Shown: one piece after another, positions 21,041 through 30,631 of the stretch
Layout: each line of letters opens with the position of its first letter
Position numbering within the stretch: position 1 is the first letter of the stretch
Assembly: GCA_964405685.1 (NCBI GenBank)
Contig: CAYOOP010000001.1
Span: 334,922-398,921, forward strand
DNA from: an uncultured Rickettsiales bacterium
Lineage (GTDB): Bacteria > Pseudomonadota > Alphaproteobacteria > Rickettsiales > SXRF01
Direction: 5' to 3'
Length of the DNA: 64,000 bases
The notes under the pieces: model-generated
What the model saw: only the letters and a program-made list of their open reading frames with translations
Told to the model about the DNA's origin: nothing
The model's database searches: none
Made by a program: the position numbers and the translations under genes

Positions 21041-22115
21041 GCTTAACGGCCTGCGCCGTCTGCACGTATTCGCTGGGGGTTCTTGCCTTGCGTTTGTCGC
21101 GTGTATCGCATTGTTTTTTACGTTGATACAGCATGGCCATAAAGAAAGTGCGGCGGCCTATGAAAAGGGTAAAATTGCTTGGGCGCATGTGGTGGAAAGC
21201 AATGTAGTGGCCGCGTTGGTCCCCACATCAAAGTTAGGAGGAGCCCAACCATCGGAAGTCCCCGCACCCACCGCCGAAGGAACGCCTCCTACTCCTACGC
21301 CCGATACCGTACGCCTCAATGCCGCCCCTCAGGAAGACTTGGTAGAAAAAACGGCCGAAGGTTTGCTGCCGAAAATTGCCAGCAGTGGCACCAAGCCCTG
21401 GATTTATTATTCACGGCCCTTCGTCAATGACGATAAGCTCAAAAAAGTAGCGCTTGTGATCACGGGACTTGGGATCAACAAAACCATCACCGAAAGCGCC
21501 ACTGCGCTTAACCCCAATTTCTCGCTTATTTTCTCTAGCTATAGCCCGCAGCTTGATGCCTGGCTCACCTCAGCCCGCACGCAAGGACATGAGTGCTTGT
21601 TGGAACTGCCGCTTGAGGTCAGCCACTACCCGGCGGTTGATTCCGGCCCCTCTGCCTTAATGACGACGATTATGCCCGAAGAAAACAGTAAGCGCCTAGC
21701 GCATATATTGACGCGCACCACCGGCTATATTGGCCTTGTAGCGCCGCGTTCCGAAATGTTTTTTGCCGGCAAAGAAGAATTCGTGAAACCCGTTATCGAT
21801 GAGTTAGCCAAACGTGGTATTCTCATGGTGTTTTCTCATAACGATCAGCGCAGCGTGCTTGATGGTCTGCTCAAAGAAAGTCCGCTGCCTTACCTGCACA
21901 CAGATGTTAAGGTGGAATATGGCACCAGCGCCCAAGAACTGAAATCGACCCTGGAATCACTAGAAATCATTGCCCAGGAACGTGGCCATGCTATTGGCGT
22001 TGTTGAATATTCTCCCAATATGGCCGCTGCCCTCGCCGCCTGGGAGCAAGACCTTAATAAGCGTGGGTTTCAGCTGGTGCCTATTTCTGTGCTTGCCAGA
22101 TTGAATTTTTCGTGA
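21012..22115 (+). CDS. divergent polysaccharide deacetylase family protein (YibQ-like)
   Basis: About 367 aa from ATG 21012; the ORF opens at GTG 20997. One TM helix, a Pro/Thr-rich linker, then the YibQ pattern VALVITGLGIN...HECLLELPLE. Start is uncertain and overlaps the ctpA end. Confidence 0.75.
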   Translation: MSRNLPLINKLNGLRRLHVFAGGSCLAFVACIALFFTLIQHGHKESAAAYEKGKIAWAHVVESNVVAALVPTSKLGGAQPSEVPAPTAEGTPPTPTPDTVRLNAAPQEDLVEKTAEGLLPKIASSGTKPWIYYSRPFVNDDKLKKVALVITGLGINKTITESATALNPNFSLIFSSYSPQLDAWLTSARTQGHECLLELPLEVSHYPAVDSGPSALMTTIMPEENSKRLAHILTRTTGYIGLVAPRSEMFFAGKEEFVKPVIDELAKRGILMVFSHNDQRSVLDGLLKESPLPYLHTDVKVEYGTSAQELKSTLESLEIIAQERGHAIGVVEYSPNMAAALAAWEQDLNKRGFQLVPISVLARLNFS

Positions 22116-22245
22116 ACAATGGCACCCAGTTCGGGCGGCTTTCTGCCGCTTCCCCTTCCCGGCCTGGCTTTATGGCCCAAGGGTGTTTCCCTCAAAGAGA
22201 CATGACTCTTTACATCTGACTTAAACGCACACAACTGCATTGCTT

Positions 22246-22773
22246 ATGAATTCCGTATTGATGGCTATGAACCACCCGTCTTCTCCTTTACCCGTTCACC
22301 TGACCTCCCTACCCTACCGCACCGGCGTGGGGATGATGGTCATCAACAAGCAGGGCCAAGTCTTCGTCGCCCGGCGGATCGACCCTATCTCCGAAGCCTG
22401 GCAAATGCCCCAAGGCGGGATGGACGCCGGCGAAAGCCCGATTATCGCGGCGCTACGTGAACTGAAAGAAGAAATCGGCACCGATAAATTCGAAGTGATC
22501 CGCGAAAGCGCCGATTGGTATACCTATGACTTGCCCGACGAACTCATCGGCAAAATTTGGGACGGCCAATACCGCGGCCAGAAGCAAAAATGGTTTGCGC
22601 TGCGTTTTGCCGGCGAAGATGCGGACATCAACATCGAAACCGAGCACCCTGAATTCTGCGAATGGAAATGGATTGAGATGCGGGCGCTACCGGATATCAT
22701 CGTCCCCTTCAAACGCACGCTCTACCGCGCGCTGATCGACGAATTTCAGGACGCTATCTCCCCCGCACAATAA
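22246..22773 (+). CDS. rppH: RNA pyrophosphohydrolase (Nudix)
   Basis: Nudix box GGMDAGESPIIAALRELKEEIG, LPYRTGVGMMVIN at the N-terminus, and WFALRF. Start at ATG 22246 is assumed; TTG 22240 opens the ORF. Confidence 0.88.
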   Translation: MNSVLMAMNHPSSPLPVHLTSLPYRTGVGMMVINKQGQVFVARRIDPISEAWQMPQGGMDAGESPIIAALRELKEEIGTDKFEVIRESADWYTYDLPDELIGKIWDGQYRGQKQKWFALRFAGEDADINIETEHPEFCEWKWIEMRALPDIIVPFKRTLYRALIDEFQDAISPAQ

Positions 22774-23503
22774 ACGGCCCGTTTTCAAATTTGGGTTTGC
22801 CATAGCGCAAAACTTTACCTTCAGGTGTGGTAACGCTACCACCTGCCGCTTCCACGATTGCTTGACCAGCCGCTGTGTCCCATTCCATGGTGCGGCCAAA
22901 CCTAGGGTAGAGATCAGCACCCCCTTCAGCAATCATGCAAAATTTTACGGCGCTGGAAATGCCCTGTACCTGATCTACGTTGGACAGATTGCTTAAAAAC
23001 CGTTGCATGCGCTCCTCCGAGTTCGCCGCAACGCTTTTAACTACCCTTAGGCCCTCTTTCGGCACTGGATGGGTGTGGAGTGGCGTCGACACATCACCTG
23101 CCAGCTTATAGGCTTTTATATCGCGCCCGCCGACGTAGATGGAACCGGTTACGGGCATGGCGATCATCCCAAAAACGGCTTCGCCGTTTTCAACCAACCC
23201 AATATTGATCGAAAAATCGTCCTCACCGCGCACAAAACTGCGGGTACCATCGAGCGGATCGACCAGAAAATAGCGGGACGTGACCGGTTTTAAAACTTCA
23301 TCCTCCTCCGAAATAATGGGGGTATCGGGCATGAGCCGAGTTAGACCTTCAACCAAAATCTTGTGCGCTGCTATATCGGCCTGGGTGAGCGGCGAATGGT
23401 CCGCTTTGGTGGTCACCTGAAGCGTCTGGCGGTGATAACGCAAAATAGCAGCACTTGCGCTGCACAGCAGCATTGTAAGTTCTTCAATGGGATAGCGCTC
23501 CAC
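22754..23503 (-). CDS. cysQ: 3'(2'),5'-bisphosphate nucleotidase / inositol monophosphatase family
   Basis: 249 aa with DPLDGT and WDTAAGQAIVEAAGG motifs. Probable GTG start at 23503. The 3' end overlaps the rppH 3' end by 20 nt. Confidence 0.85.
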   Translation of the reverse strand: MERYPIEELTMLLCSASAAILRYHRQTLQVTTKADHSPLTQADIAAHKILVEGLTRLMPDTPIISEEDEVLKPVTSRYFLVDPLDGTRSFVRGEDDFSINIGLVENGEAVFGMIAMPVTGSIYVGGRDIKAYKLAGDVSTPLHTHPVPKEGLRVVKSVAANSEERMQRFLSNLSNVDQVQGISSAVKFCMIAEGGADLYPRFGRTMEWDTAAGQAIVEAAGGSVTTPEGKVLRYGKPKFENGPFIVRGR

Positions 23504-23558
23504 GGTTTACTTTTTCCTTCCAATTCAGTACACTGGTAGTTCCCCTCTGCAGGACCCC

Positions 23559-26500
23559 ATGAAAGACACCTACATTAAACAAGCTCAGCGCCTCCTTAAC
23601 ACCATTGTAGGTGGCCTTGGCAACTCAAGCAAGGAAGAGCAGGCCTTTACCAAGCAGTTTTTTGCCAAGCTGCCGGTCTCTGAACTGTCGCGCCTAGCAG
23701 AGAGCCACGCGGCGGGCATTGCCGGTTCCGCGTTTCGCTTTATGCAAGAACGCGAAAGGAACAAACCAAAAATCCGTTTGTTTCGCCCCACTAAAGCCGA
23801 ACATGGCTATGACTCTCACCGCCCGGTTATAGAGCTTATCAACGATGATAAGCCGTTTCTCATCGACTCGCTAACTGCCGAATTGTCGCAAAACGGTTTT
23901 ACCATTTTTGAAACCATCCATCCCATTTTCTTCGCCTCTCGCGATGAACGCGGCAGGCTCAAAACGCTGCACGGTGAAGCTACACCCGGCGCGACCAAAG
24001 AGTCTTTTATTCATTTTGAGATCTCGGAACTGCCTGAAGACATCACCGCAGAAGTCATTATCGGCCGCCTACAACGCGTATTGGAATTCGTTTCACTAGC
24101 CGTTTCCGACTGGCAGGCCATTATCGCCAAAACCAAAGCGTGCGAACAGGAATTGCACGGATGCACGGCCTATGGTGCAGAAGAGGTTGGCGAAGCACGC
24201 GCTTTCTTGCAATGGCTTACCAATAAGAATTTTGTGTTCCTGGGCTATCTTAGCGTCGACTTTGAAAATGGGGAGCAAGGAGATGCCAGTATCAATAATG
24301 CTTCATTGCTTGGTATTTCCAAGCTGGATGACATCCCTAAAAAAGTACACTCATCGCCGCATCTGATTGATATTCGCAAGGCTAGCCGCCGCTCCCCTGT
24401 GCATCGTCCGGTGCTGATGGATGTCGTCACCGTAAAACGCTTTAATGCCGAAGGTGGCGTCATTGGCGAACACCGGATTTACGGCCTCTTTACGTCCGCA
24501 GTCTATTACCAGAGCACAGACCTTATCCCTTTTGTCCGCCGCAAGGTTAAGCACGTGCAGGAACTTGCAGGGTTTGACGCAACAAGTCACGACGGCAAAA
24601 CGCTTAAAACCATCCTCGAGTTTTTACCACGTGATGAGTTGTTGCAAATCAACGAGGAAGACTTGCACGCTTTAAGCCTCGGAATGCTCGCCCTAGAGCT
24701 GCGGCCCGGTGTTAAGCTTTTCATTCGCCGCGATATCCCAGGACGTTACCTTTCATGCCTGGCGTTTGTACCAAAAGAACACTTCTCCACCGGCGTGCGG
24801 CTTTACATCCAATCAACGCTGGAGTCGGAACTACGTGCAACGCTTGAGAATTTTACTACCCATATCGGCGAATCGGCACTTGCTCGCCTACATATTATTT
24901 TGCGTACCACCCTAGAAACCCCTGAAAATCCGGATGCGTCGCGTATTGAAGCAGAAATTGCAACCTCGATTATGCTGTGGAGCGACCGTTTGCGCGCTGC
25001 GATGGCTAACACCATGGCAAGCGATAGGGCTGAACGCTTGCTGCGGCTTTATGGCAGCGCCTTTCCCTCTACTTACATTAGTCGCTACGGCGTAGAAGCG
25101 GCGCTTGAAGACATCGAAACCATTGAGCGGGCACGGGCCGCTAAAACCATTGCCGTTGATTTCAAGCCCGCCAGCGACCGTTATAGCCTTAAAATCTTTA
25201 ATCCCAACCAACCCAAAACGCTTTCAGACTTACTCCCCACACTTGAAAACATGGGGTTGGTGACGTTTGAGGAACATCCGTTCATCATCAACCCTGCAAC
25301 GGATACTGCTGTACGTATGCGTGATATCACTCTTGCTCCCGCAAACGGAACCATCAGCGATTTCGCGCGGGCCAAACCGCTGTTTGAAGAGGCGTTACTA
25401 GCGGTTTGGCAGGGCATGGTTGCTGATGACCGCCTGAACGCACTAGTGCTGACTGCTCTGTTAACTGCGCGCCAAATCGTGATCTTGCGCGCACTTACTG
25501 CCTATTTAAAACAGGCCGGGTTTGCGCCTACAGCGACCACCATTGCGCAAACCCTTAGTAGCCATCCGGAGATGGCAACACTTCTGGTGCACTTGTTTGA
25601 AGCGAGATTCAACCCTGCAACAGAAACTCGCGAACACGTAGTGGTAGCGCTTTCAAATCAAATTGAAGAACGCCTCGCAACCGTCAAGAGCATTCAGGAC
25701 GATTCTATTTTACGCACGCTCTACACCACCATTCAAGCCATGCTACGCACGAATTATTATGTGCCCAGTGCTTCCGTACTCTCGTTCAAATTTGCAAGCG
25801 AGCGCGTGCCTGGCTTACCGCTGCCCAAGCCTTACGCCGAGATTTTTGTCTATTCCGTGCGCGTCGAAGGTATCCACTTGCGCGGCGGCAAAGTTGCCCG
25901 TGGTGGCATTCGCTGGTCAGACCGACATGATGATTTCCGCACCGAGGTGCTTGGCCTCATGAAGGCGCAAATGGTGAAAAACGCGGTGATCGTGCCGGTT
26001 GGATCCAAAGGCGGTTTCGTCGTCAAAAAAGAATCCCCCACCAACCGTGAGGCTTTCCAAAAAGAAGGTGTTGAGTGCTATAAGCTTTATTTAAGCGGGT
26101 TGCTTGATATCACCGATAATATCGTGGGTGGCGCGGTCACGCCTCCTTCAAGCGTCGTACGCCACGACGGGGACGATCCCTATCTTGTCGTCGCCGCCGA
26201 TAAAGGCACCGCCAAGTTTTCCGACACCGCCAACAGCGTTTCTAAATCCTACGGCTTCTGGCTGGATGATGCCTTTGCCTCCGGCGGGTCTGCCGGCTAT
26301 GACCACAAAGAAATGGCAATTACCGCGCGCGGCGGGTTCGTCTCCGTACGTCGCCACTTCCGCGAAATGGGAATCGATATAGACCAGCAGAGTTTCACCT
26401 GCGTTGGCATTGGCGACATGGCAGGTGACGTGTTTGGCAATGGCATGCTGCTTGCGCCCAAAATGAAATTGGTCGCCGCTTTCAACCACGCGCATATTTT

Positions 26501-28184
26501 TATTGACCCCGCGCCTGACCTTGAGGCAAGCTACGCCGAGCGTAAACGGCTGTTCGAATTGCCACGCTCCAGCTGGGCGGATTACAAAGGCTTCTCTGCA
26601 GGTGGCGGCGTTTTCGAACGCGCAGCTAAAACTATTTCTCTAAGCCCTGAAGCCCAAATCGCACTCGGGCTTTCCAGGCAGGATTTTACGCCCGATGAAC
26701 TAATTAAAGCCATTTTGACTGCACCGGTGGACCTATTGTGGAACGGCGGCATCGGCACCTATGTCAAAGCCGAAAGTGAAACCCATGATCAGGTGGGAGA
26801 CCGCGCCAATAACAACGTGCGCGTAAACGGCGCAGAATTACGCGCCAAAGTCGTCGGCGAAGGCGGCAATCTCGGCTTCACCCAAAAGGGTCGCATTGAA
26901 TACGCACGTACCGGCGGGCGGATCAACACCGATGCGATTGATAACTCCGGCGGTGTGGACTGCTCCGACCACGAAGTAAACATCAAAATCGCTCTCGCTC
27001 GCGCAGTTAGCAGCGGCAAACTCTCCCTGCCCGACCGCAACGCCTTACTGAAAGGCATGACGGACGAGGTCGCCAAACTCGTGCTGAAAGACAACGCGCT
27101 ACAAACGAAAGCCATCAGTGTTGAGGAGTTTTCCGCCCCTGCCCTGCTCGGCAGTCATGCGCGGCTTATTCGCACGCTGGAGGCCTCTGGACTGCTTAAA
27201 CGCTCGATTGAGTACTTGCCCGCCGATGCTGAGATTGCAGCGCTAGAGCACGCCAATCGGGGGCTTACAAGACCTGAGCTTGCCGTGTTGCTTGCTTATA
27301 GCAAGATTGCTCTTTATCGCGCCATTATAGATTCGCCATTGCCGGATGATCCTTATTTCGCCGTCGATCTGGTACGTTATTTTCCTGAAGCTATGAAAAC
27401 CAACTACGCCGATGAAATTGCTCGGCACCCACTGAAGCGCGATATCATCGCAACGGTGGCCACAAACAGCCTCGTCAACCGCGCCGGAGTAACGTTCTAT
27501 TTTGATATTGCAGAGGATACGGGTCTTGGTGTCCACGCTATTGTCGGTGCCTATACACTGGTGCGTGATGCTTATAGCTTGCGGACGCTTTGGGAACAGA
27601 TGGAAAAAACATCCGGCCTAAGCCATGCGCAAGATATTTCCATGCATCGTGAGATCGCTAGCTTGCTTGATTATGTGACCCGCCGCGTGTTGCGCCTCGT
27701 GCCTGAAATCAGCGATATTAAGGCTAGCGTCGCCAGGTTTAAGCCAGCAATAGACGCGCTAAGCCCCAACCAGAAGCAAACGCTTGAGGGTGGTATTTTA
27801 GCGCTCTCATCGCTCAAATATGCAGTGGACATTGCGGTGCTCGCTGAACGCACGCATGCGGATGTCGATAAAGCCGCTGATGTCTACACCGCCACCATGG
27901 AAGAATTAGCGCTGCTAAGCCTTATCGAAAAGGCCGTCAAAGATGCACAAAAAAGTGCCCTTGACCGCGTGGCGATTAAGATTCTTGTACAAGATATTAG
28001 TGATCAATTGTTGGAGATCGCAGAAACGGTGCTTAAAGAGTTCAAAGGCAGCGTGCATGTCTGGGCGGAGGCCAAATCCGCCAAGCTCGGTGCGTACAAG
28101 CACGCCCTGAAAGACGTTGTTTCACGCGAACATCTCGACGTTGCCATGCTGACAATCGCGCTTGATCAACTCAGACGCCTATAA
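23559..28184 (+). CDS. gdhB: NAD-specific glutamate dehydrogenase, large (about 180 kDa) class
   Basis: 1541 aa. The central catalytic block KGGIRWSDR...MVKNAVIVPVGSKGGFV and the dinucleotide region GDMAGDVFGNGML match the giant bacterial NAD-GDH family. Confidence 0.92.
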   Translation: MKDTYIKQAQRLLNTIVGGLGNSSKEEQAFTKQFFAKLPVSELSRLAESHAAGIAGSAFRFMQERERNKPKIRLFRPTKAEHGYDSHRPVIELINDDKPFLIDSLTAELSQNGFTIFETIHPIFFASRDERGRLKTLHGEATPGATKESFIHFEISELPEDITAEVIIGRLQRVLEFVSLAVSDWQAIIAKTKACEQELHGCTAYGAEEVGEARAFLQWLTNKNFVFLGYLSVDFENGEQGDASINNASLLGISKLDDIPKKVHSSPHLIDIRKASRRSPVHRPVLMDVVTVKRFNAEGGVIGEHRIYGLFTSAVYYQSTDLIPFVRRKVKHVQELAGFDATSHDGKTLKTILEFLPRDELLQINEEDLHALSLGMLALELRPGVKLFIRRDIPGRYLSCLAFVPKEHFSTGVRLYIQSTLESELRATLENFTTHIGESALARLHIILRTTLETPENPDASRIEAEIATSIMLWSDRLRAAMANTMASDRAERLLRLYGSAFPSTYISRYGVEAALEDIETIERARAAKTIAVDFKPASDRYSLKIFNPNQPKTLSDLLPTLENMGLVTFEEHPFIINPATDTAVRMRDITLAPANGTISDFARAKPLFEEALLAVWQGMVADDRLNALVLTALLTARQIVILRALTAYLKQAGFAPTATTIAQTLSSHPEMATLLVHLFEARFNPATETREHVVVALSNQIEERLATVKSIQDDSILRTLYTTIQAMLRTNYYVPSASVLSFKFASERVPGLPLPKPYAEIFVYSVRVEGIHLRGGKVARGGIRWSDRHDDFRTEVLGLMKAQMVKNAVIVPVGSKGGFVVKKESPTNREAFQKEGVECYKLYLSGLLDITDNIVGGAVTPPSSVVRHDGDDPYLVVAADKGTAKFSDTANSVSKSYGFWLDDAFASGGSAGYDHKEMAITARGGFVSVRRHFREMGIDIDQQSFTCVGIGDMAGDVFGNGMLLAPKMKLVAAFNHAHIFIDPAPDLEASYAERKRLFELPRSSWADYKGFSAGGGVFERAAKTISLSPEAQIALGLSRQDFTPDELIKAILTAPVDLLWNGGIGTYVKAESETHDQVGDRANNNVRVNGAELRAKVVGEGGNLGFTQKGRIEYARTGGRINTDAIDNSGGVDCSDHEVNIKIALARAVSSGKLSLPDRNALLKGMTDEVAKLVLKDNALQTKAISVEEFSAPALLGSHARLIRTLEASGLLKRSIEYLPADAEIAALEHANRGLTRPELAVLLAYSKIALYRAIIDSPLPDDPYFAVDLVRYFPEAMKTNYADEIARHPLKRDIIATVATNSLVNRAGVTFYFDIAEDTGLGVHAIVGAYTLVRDAYSLRTLWEQMEKTSGLSHAQDISMHREIASLLDYVTRRVLRLVPEISDIKASVARFKPAIDALSPNQKQTLEGGILALSSLKYAVDIAVLAERTHADVDKAADVYTATMEELALLSLIEKAVKDAQKSALDRVAIKILVQDISDQLLEIAETVLKEFKGSVHVWAEAKSAKLGAYKHALKDVVSREHLDVAMLTIALDQLRRL

Positions 28185-28330
28185 TAGACCTCTTCGGTAA
28201 CTCGCTTTTGCAAAAAAGCGCGAAGAAATGGATACCGAGAAAAAGTAAGCGTATTCAACATACGTGCTTTTTCGAGGAGGTTCCATCGCAAGCAGATTTG
28301 AAGTCAAAGTAGAGTTACCGAAGAGGTCTA
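28185..28330. repeat. 146-bp structured element with perfect 19-bp terminal inverted repeats (MITE-like or bidirectional terminator)
   Basis: TAGACCTCTTCGGTAACTC (28185-28203) is the exact reverse complement of GAGTTACCGAAGAGGTCTA (28312-28330). There are internal hairpins (CGCTTTT-GCAA-AAAAGCG; GAAAAAG...CTTTTTC). The element exactly fills the gap between the gdhB and parB stop codons. Confidence 0.7.
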
Positions 28331-29239
28331 CTAAATCGCGCCGCCTAAACGTTGAAGTACTTGGTCTAGTTCAGCAAGGGTTTCATAGGCAATCACCACC
28401 TCACCGCTCGATCCGCGATCTTCAATCCGCACTTTGAGACCGAGATTTTCGGAAAGTGTCTCTTCCAATGCCAAAATATCCGGATCTTTCGGGCGAGTGT
28501 ACTGCTCTTTCGCTTCCTTGCGGGGTTTGGGGGGCTGCCCTGCCCTGCCCTTGGCCATGGCTTCTGCTGCACGCACATTGAGCCCACCGCTAATGATTTG
28601 ATGTGCAAGCGCAACCGGGTCATCCGCTGCAAGCAGTGCGCGTGCGTGACCCATGGTAAGCTGGCCGCTTGCTAGCATGGCTTTGACTTCTTCAGGGAGT
28701 TTCAGCAAGCGCAAGAGATTGGCGATGTGGCTACGGCTTTTACCGACTGATTCACCGATCTCCTCCTGCGTATATTGAAACTCAGCAATTAAGCGATCAT
28801 ACGCACGAGCCTCTTCCAGTGGGTTCAAATCTTCACGCTGAATGTTTTCAATGAGCGCAACTTCAAGCGCATCATCATCCGTCATTTTACGAATGATGAC
28901 AGGCACTTCTGTCACACCCGCCATTTGTGCAGCGCGCCAGCGGCGCTCGCCGGCGATAATTTCGTAGTCTCCGCCTTTTTTTTGGCGAACAATAAGGGGC
29001 TGGATAATGCCTTTCTTCTCGATTGACTGTGCAAGTTCGTGCAGGTGCTCTTCGTTAAACACCGTACGCGGCTGATAGGCTCCGGGCTTGAGCTTGGAAA
29101 CCTCCAAGGTTTGCGGAGCTGTAGCACCCACCTTACTGGGCGCAGAGGCTTGCGGCCGCTCCATCGTTGCGACATTGCTATTGGTTTCGGCAATGAGCGC
29201 CGAGAGGCCTTTTCCAAGTCCACGTTGTACTTTTACCAT
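28331..29239 (-). CDS. parB: chromosome partitioning protein ParB
   Basis: 302 aa with ParB box IIAGERRWRAA, an HTH region QEEIGESVGKSRSHIANLLRLL, and a C-terminal dimerisation domain. Confidence 0.95.
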   Translation of the reverse strand: MVKVQRGLGKGLSALIAETNSNVATMERPQASAPSKVGATAPQTLEVSKLKPGAYQPRTVFNEEHLHELAQSIEKKGIIQPLIVRQKKGGDYEIIAGERRWRAAQMAGVTEVPVIIRKMTDDDALEVALIENIQREDLNPLEEARAYDRLIAEFQYTQEEIGESVGKSRSHIANLLRLLKLPEEVKAMLASGQLTMGHARALLAADDPVALAHQIISGGLNVRAAEAMAKGRAGQPPKPRKEAKEQYTRPKDPDILALEETLSENLGLKVRIEDRGSSGEVVIAYETLAELDQVLQRLGGAI

Positions 29240-29259
29240 ATTGTTTCTCCCTATCGTTT

Positions 29260-30060
29260 TTAAGCGGCTTCGGTTGTTTTTGTGTGGGCTTCACGCTTTA
29301 GAATTTCAGCGGCCAGCTTCAAATAGGCGCGTGAACCGGTGCACTGTGTATCGTAAATGATCGCCGGTTTTCCATGCGATGGCGCTTCGGAAACGCGTAC
29401 GTTTCTGGGCACAACCGCATTGTATACAAGATCCCCGAAATATTCACGCACATCCCATTCGATTTCTTTGGAAAGATGGTTGCGCTTGTCAAACATGGTG
29501 AGCACAATGCCTTGGATCACAAGGCCCGGGTTGAGGTTGCCCTTAACAAGCTCGACGGTTTTGAGCAAATGGCTCAAACCCTCCATCGCATAGAACTCTG
29601 TTTGCAACGGGATTAATACGGAATTTGAAGCGGTTAGAGCATTAATAGTGAGCAGACCCAAAGAAGGCGGGCAATCGATCAATATGTAATCGTAAGAGCC
29701 AGAGGTTTTTCGCAATGCGTTTTGCAGCTTATATTCACGCTTCATCAGGCTTACAAGCTCGATTTCAGCACCCGACAAATCCATATTTGCGGTGATAATG
29801 GACAGGTTTGGAACCATGGTTTTATGGATTGCTTCCGATGCGTCCACGCCGTCAATCAGAAGATCGTAAGATGTGGTGACGCGTTGTTCCGGATCAATGC
29901 CAAACCCGGTGCTGGCGTTACCCTGTGGGTCGAGGTCTATTACTAATATTTTTTTACCAACGGCGGCTAGGGCGGTTGCTAAATTGACGGTGGTGGTGGT
30001 TTTTCCGACGCCGCCCTTTTGATTGACAACGGCGATAATTTTAGCTTTTGACTTGGCCAT
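29260..30060 (-). CDS. parA: chromosome partitioning ATPase ParA
   Basis: 266 aa with deviant Walker A NQKGGVGKTTT and DLDPQGNAS. Confidence 0.95.
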   Translation of the reverse strand: MAKSKAKIIAVVNQKGGVGKTTTTVNLATALAAVGKKILVIDLDPQGNASTGFGIDPEQRVTTSYDLLIDGVDASEAIHKTMVPNLSIITANMDLSGAEIELVSLMKREYKLQNALRKTSGSYDYILIDCPPSLGLLTINALTASNSVLIPLQTEFYAMEGLSHLLKTVELVKGNLNPGLVIQGIVLTMFDKRNHLSKEIEWDVREYFGDLVYNAVVPRNVRVSEAPSHGKPAIIYDTQCTGSRAYLKLAAEILKREAHTKTTEAA

Positions 30061-30631
30061 GGCTGGTAACTCCGTATAGCTTTAAGATGCAATGCGTCGG
30101 GGAAGTGACGCTTGGAAGTTGTTCCACGTGAAAAGACCATTTTTTATTCGCCGTGTCCAGTTCTTTATTTGAAAACTCTGTTTTATGTAAAAAATAAATT
30201 GTATCACTGTTTCGAATACGTGATGTCGATTCTAAAATAGTGTCGATGGCAGAAAATGCTCTCGACGTAATTATTTTCACACCATCTATTTTTAAATTTT
30301 CGATTCTAGAATTGTAAACGTAACAATCATCGAGTGAAAATTTTATTTTTGCCTCTTCCAAGAATTGACATTTTCGTCGATCGGATTCGACGAGGTGTAT
30401 TTTTTTAATTCCGGCAATCGCCAAAATAATTCCTGGGAACCCACCCCCAGTTCCAACATCGACCAATTCAGTTTCATGTGGAACATGATCGATAAGTTGG
30501 AGAGAATCTAAAATATGACGATTCCAGATATCCTCATCCCTGGCCATCAGGTTGATTTTACCATTCCATTTTTCAAAAAAATTCTGGAATTTCCTAAGTC
30601 TTGATTCGGTTTCAGGGGCAATAAAGACCAT
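30041..30631 (-). CDS. rsmG: 16S rRNA (guanine527-N7)-methyltransferase
   Basis: 196 aa with SAM motif DVGTGGGFPGIILA. The stop overlaps the parA start by 20 nt. Strikingly low GC: hand counts of 25-32% on lines 30181-30360. Confidence 0.9.
   Translation of the reverse strand: MVFIAPETESRLRKFQNFFEKWNGKINLMARDEDIWNRHILDSLQLIDHVPHETELVDVGTGGGFPGIILAIAGIKKIHLVESDRRKCQFLEEAKIKFSLDDCYVYNSRIENLKIDGVKIITSRAFSAIDTILESTSRIRNSDTIYFLHKTEFSNKELDTANKKWSFHVEQLPSVTSPTHCILKLYGVTSHGQVKS

Noticed and set aside
30120-30135. A parS-like 16-mer, TGTTCCACGTGAAAAG, inside rsmG just upstream of parA. Weaker versions occur at 28128-28143 and 12741-12756.
   Set aside because: It matches only 13/16 positions of TGTTTCACGTGAAACA, although the central CACGTG is intact. 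The others match 12/16. This is too degenerate to call without ParB ChIP or a genome-wide motif count, so I keep it only as a place to look.
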